Both the position numbers and the translations under genes were made by a program. A stretch of 56,575 nucleotides of DNA from an uncultured Pseudomonadales bacterium (GTDB lineage: Bacteria > Patescibacteriota > Microgenomatia > UBA1400 > RBG-16-45-19), in NCBI GenBank assembly GCA_964441155.1, contig CAYYKL010000003.1, positions 24,099 to 80,673 of the forward strand. Direction: 5' to 3'. How positions within the stretch are numbered: the stretch's first letter is position 1; every line of letters starts with the position of its first letter. Of the stretch, positions 53,923 through 56,575 are shown piece by piece. The notes under the pieces were generated by a model. That model saw only the letters and a list, made by a program, of their open reading frames with translations, ran no database searches and was not told the origin of the DNA.

Positions 53923-56575
53923 ATGGATAGTACACCAGTTTTTCAGCCAGACACCACGAATAATCCAACCGTTCAAGCACCCTTTAAACCTCGTCGGAAA
54001 ATTCCCTTTATTCCCATCCTGGGTGTTTCGATCACTGCCGTTGTTGCTATCGGCATTGTGGTTGGGCTCATGTGGCAGAGCAACGTTTTCATCGCCAAAA
54101 ATCAGGATGTGAGGTCTGAGGCAAGTGGAGCTTCAGTGAAAGCTCTGGACACTATCAATCTAGGGATTAGTGATGCGACAACACCGCTAGACCCTCTTTT
54201 TTCATATTATGACGATCTCTCCAACCGAACCTATGTGGTTTGGAGTGGTGGAGCAAAAACAGATTATCCGGCAGGATCCTGCCATGACATTGATGGAGAT
54301 GGACCTAGTACAGACATGGTATGTTTTCCTAGGCCCTATTCCACCTCTGCCATGCACGTATTCATCAAATACTACGACCATGCGACAAAAACCTGGTCTG
54401 CTTCAAAGAAAGTGTTCGAGCCCAAGCACAAAGAGCTATATGGCGATGGCCATTACGCACAGGGAGTAGTAGTAGACAATAATGGGTACATTCACGTCTT
54501 TCAGTCCTACCACATTTCATTGAGACCGAAAGGATCCACTGAGGAAGTGGGGATTAGGCACGCAACTTCGTTAAGGGCGGGGTCGATTGATAGCTGGACT
54601 ACCGCACAAGATGTTGAGGATAGCTCGGGTTTGATAAACACTGATAGGAATACGCACGGTCGTTACTTCAAATCAAGAGCGGGGAATATCTATGGATTGT
54701 ATAGAAAAAGCATTACGGATAGTGAGAATAATAATATAGAAACTCAGACAATGTTTAAATTTAAGCCTGCTACAACACCGAGTAACGGAAACAACGGTAT
54801 TGAGCCAGGCTCATTGACGGTGAAGGACGTAATAGTGCCTGACAAGAAGACGACAACTCAACAAGTATTGTCATGGGATAAGATAAATGAGAAGGTTATA
54901 CCTCAAACTATGACAATGGGATGGCATGACGCAATTACTACAGGCTATAAATATGACGCGGAACGAGATGGCTTCCATCTGGTGTTTACTTTGAGGGGTG
55001 GTCGCACCTATACGCAAAAATATTACTATGTTTTTTATAGTTTTCAAAATGACAGATTTTATGGTCCTAATGGTATAGATATGGGGAGTGATATTGTACC
55101 TACTAAATTTGGTACATTAAATACTTGCTGTGTCATTCACGATTACGGCACGCCTCGTGATCACAATGCTTTGGCTGGTGAACCGGTGATCATGCTGGAT
55201 GAAGACCAGTATCCAACTTTTTACTTAAACAGTGTTGATGTGCAGGCAAACGAGACAAGTAAAACAATTCAGGAAATCAATTTTAACCCCGTTGATAATA
55301 AGTGGGAGGCGAAAAAACTCACCAGTTTAGGGTTTACTCATAGAGTTCAAGACGCGGTATACGTTAATCCTGATAATAAATATTTGATTACGTTGTCTGT
55401 TGCGGGTGATCCGGGTATGGGAGGATCCCACGTATATCATTGGAATGGATTATCATGGAGCAAAAAACAAGATATCATAGAGACTCTATTCTACCCTAAA
55501 AAGCAGACGCGGAGCTTCCGATTTGCAGAAAATTTTCGAAGAGATCTATCCGGGTTTTTCATTAACGTTGATGACTCCGCATTCGCTTTACCTGCCTGGA
55601 CCATCTGGGGGTACTATGAAGGACCCATCAAAAGTAAACTCTTTGGTTTTAGATTAAACGAATTGTTGCAGTCCCCTGTGTATAATGGGAATTTCGAGAA
55701 AAATAGTTTTTTAGGATGGCCTAGCAGAGACGACCTCGACCCTATAAATACCAGTATAGTGGATTGCGCGAAGTGGGGAGTTTCTTGCCCGCAAGGGAAG
55801 TATCACCTCAAACTGGTGGCAAAAAATGATAATAAGGGAGACTATGTTCCCTACTTAGCCTCAGACAATATGGACATGCGAGAGAACCTTACTGAGAAAT
55901 CAATAAAGATTACCTTTAAGGCAAAAGTGCATACAGGATCGGCTCAATATTCAGGCGTCTGGCTACAAAGGGCACGCAATCTTGCCAGTGCCAACCCTTG
56001 GCAAGATACAGCATCTGCAATTCAACCGATCACCCTAACCACCCAATGGCAAACATTCTCCCAGATAGTGCAACTGCCCAAATCTGGGAACAATAGCACG
56101 ACAACAAAAGTTAGAATTGTCTTAAATCCGATCGATAAACCATTCGATAATCCTGTCTATTTCGATGATTTTCAGTTGGAGTATCTTGGGGAGATCGCTC
56201 CTCCCACCTCTACTCCCACCCCCCCCAACTGTTCCGGAGTAGAGATAAGCTCTATCAGTCCTTCCTGTAGCGCAACCGGAGCTATGGCAGTCACTCTCCA
56301 GTGGCCTCATCAAACCGGAGCGAGTGACTATGCCATTGCGATTGATGATGATCCTAATTTCTGGGCCGACTCATCAGCCGGGAATGAACAAGGAGCGGCG
56401 CCCTATGCTGTGAATACCGCTGGAGGGAGCAATGCCACTCGCACTTGGAGTGGGACATTCCCCTCAGGTAGTACGCGACACTTTAGGATTCGAACCCGCC
56501 AGTCAACCGCGTGTACTCCTCAAGATTGGCTCTATGGTGCTGCCAAAAATGCCACGATTACCTGTACGACTTCTC
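53923..56575 (+). CDS. Large membrane-anchored extracellular protein (BNR_4/propeller-like region, CBM-like jelly-roll, FN3-like module), 3' end beyond the window
   Basis: Absent from the ORF track because there is no stop in the window. I translated all 884 codons by hand and found no stop. TM IPILGVSITAVVAIGIVVGLMW. GDGHYAQGVVVDNNGYIHVFQSYH resembles BNR_4 proteins. YNGNFEKNSFLGW...VYFDDFQL is homologous to the C-terminal part of 3658..6108. Confidence 0.75.
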   Translation, partial: MDSTPVFQPDTTNNPTVQAPFKPRRKIPFIPILGVSITAVVAIGIVVGLMWQSNVFIAKNQDVRSEASGASVKALDTINLGISDATTPLDPLFSYYDDLSNRTYVVWSGGAKTDYPAGSCHDIDGDGPSTDMVCFPRPYSTSAMHVFIKYYDHATKTWSASKKVFEPKHKELYGDGHYAQGVVVDNNGYIHVFQSYHISLRPKGSTEEVGIRHATSLRAGSIDSWTTAQDVEDSSGLINTDRNTHGRYFKSRAGNIYGLYRKSITDSENNNIETQTMFKFKPATTPSNGNNGIEPGSLTVKDVIVPDKKTTTQQVLSWDKINEKVIPQTMTMGWHDAITTGYKYDAERDGFHLVFTLRGGRTYTQKYYYVFYSFQNDRFYGPNGIDMGSDIVPTKFGTLNTCCVIHDYGTPRDHNALAGEPVIMLDEDQYPTFYLNSVDVQANETSKTIQEINFNPVDNKWEAKKLTSLGFTHRVQDAVYVNPDNKYLITLSVAGDPGMGGSHVYHWNGLSWSKKQDIIETLFYPKKQTRSFRFAENFRRDLSGFFINVDDSAFALPAWTIWGYYEGPIKSKLFGFRLNELLQSPVYNGNFEKNSFLGWPSRDDLDPINTSIVDCAKWGVSCPQGKYHLKLVAKNDNKGDYVPYLASDNMDMRENLTEKSIKITFKAKVHTGSAQYSGVWLQRARNLASANPWQDTASAIQPITLTTQWQTFSQIVQLPKSGNNSTTTKVRIVLNPIDKPFDNPVYFDDFQLEYLGEIAPPTSTPTPPNCSGVEISSISPSCSATGAMAVTLQWPHQTGASDYAIAIDDDPNFWADSSAGNEQGAAPYAVNTAGGSNATRTWSGTFPSGSTRHFRIRTRQSTACTPQDWLYGAAKNATITCTTS

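Noticed and set aside
56470-56500. tRNA T-arm-like string aggattcgaacccgcc
   Set aside because: The flanking sequence does not complete a T stem or a cloverleaf, and it lies inside the continuous 53923..56575 reading frame (..HFRIRTRQS..).
1-56575. UGA-recoded genetic code (code 25 or 4) as in some candidate phyla
   Set aside because: The conserved genes I read (obg, leuS, tsaD, nfo, ndk, pyrD) are full length without in-frame TGA. TGA closes ORFs such as 21855..23210 and 15228..15518 at sensible positions.

Overview
This 56.6-kb window is densely coding on both strands, with about 50 CDS and 4 tRNA genes. It uses the standard bacterial code: TGA terminates ORFs and I saw no in-frame TGA in the conserved genes. 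Housekeeping genes are obg, leuS, tsaD, ndk, nfo, pyrD, mscL, a Fe/Mn superoxide dismutase, an M16 peptidase, and HIT, HD and HAD enzymes. They sit among a DNA-uptake locus (comEA plus a split comEC), three type II toxin-antitoxin loci (BrnT/BrnA, an orphan Phd/YefM, AbrB-Doc) and two O-antigen-ligase-like membrane proteins. There are also many membrane-anchored or secreted proteins of unknown function, carrying P/T-rich linkers and Ig/PKD, CBM-like and dockerin-like modules. This content, plus low-complexity insertions in core enzymes, suggests a small-genome Patescibacteria/CPR-like bacterium; that assignment is inference only. By hand counts on a few lines, coding DNA is about 45% GC and non-coding DNA about 30%. 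The ORF track misses two edge-truncated genes (1..654 and the long ORF 53923..56575), four tRNAs and a 58-aa zinc-ribbon gene. The main second-look items are listed here. (1) A minus-strand cluster (33318..38228) of paralogous membrane-anchored proteins, three of which carry a six-cysteine CxxCxC module resembling the metazoan VWC/chordin-type repeat; one of them is frameshifted. (2) A 3.2-kb AT-rich stretch with essentially no ORFs (24226..27423). (3) Three GTGA-N6-TCAC palindromes around a Crp/Fnr regulator that lies between the superoxide dismutase gene and a thioredoxin-fold membrane protein gene. (4) In-frame heptanucleotide-repeat and palindromic insertions inside tsaD and leuS. (5) A duplicated tsaD 5' fragment bracketing a secreted-protein gene. 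No database search or RNA or protein structure prediction could be run, so every family assignment is motif recognition from memory.
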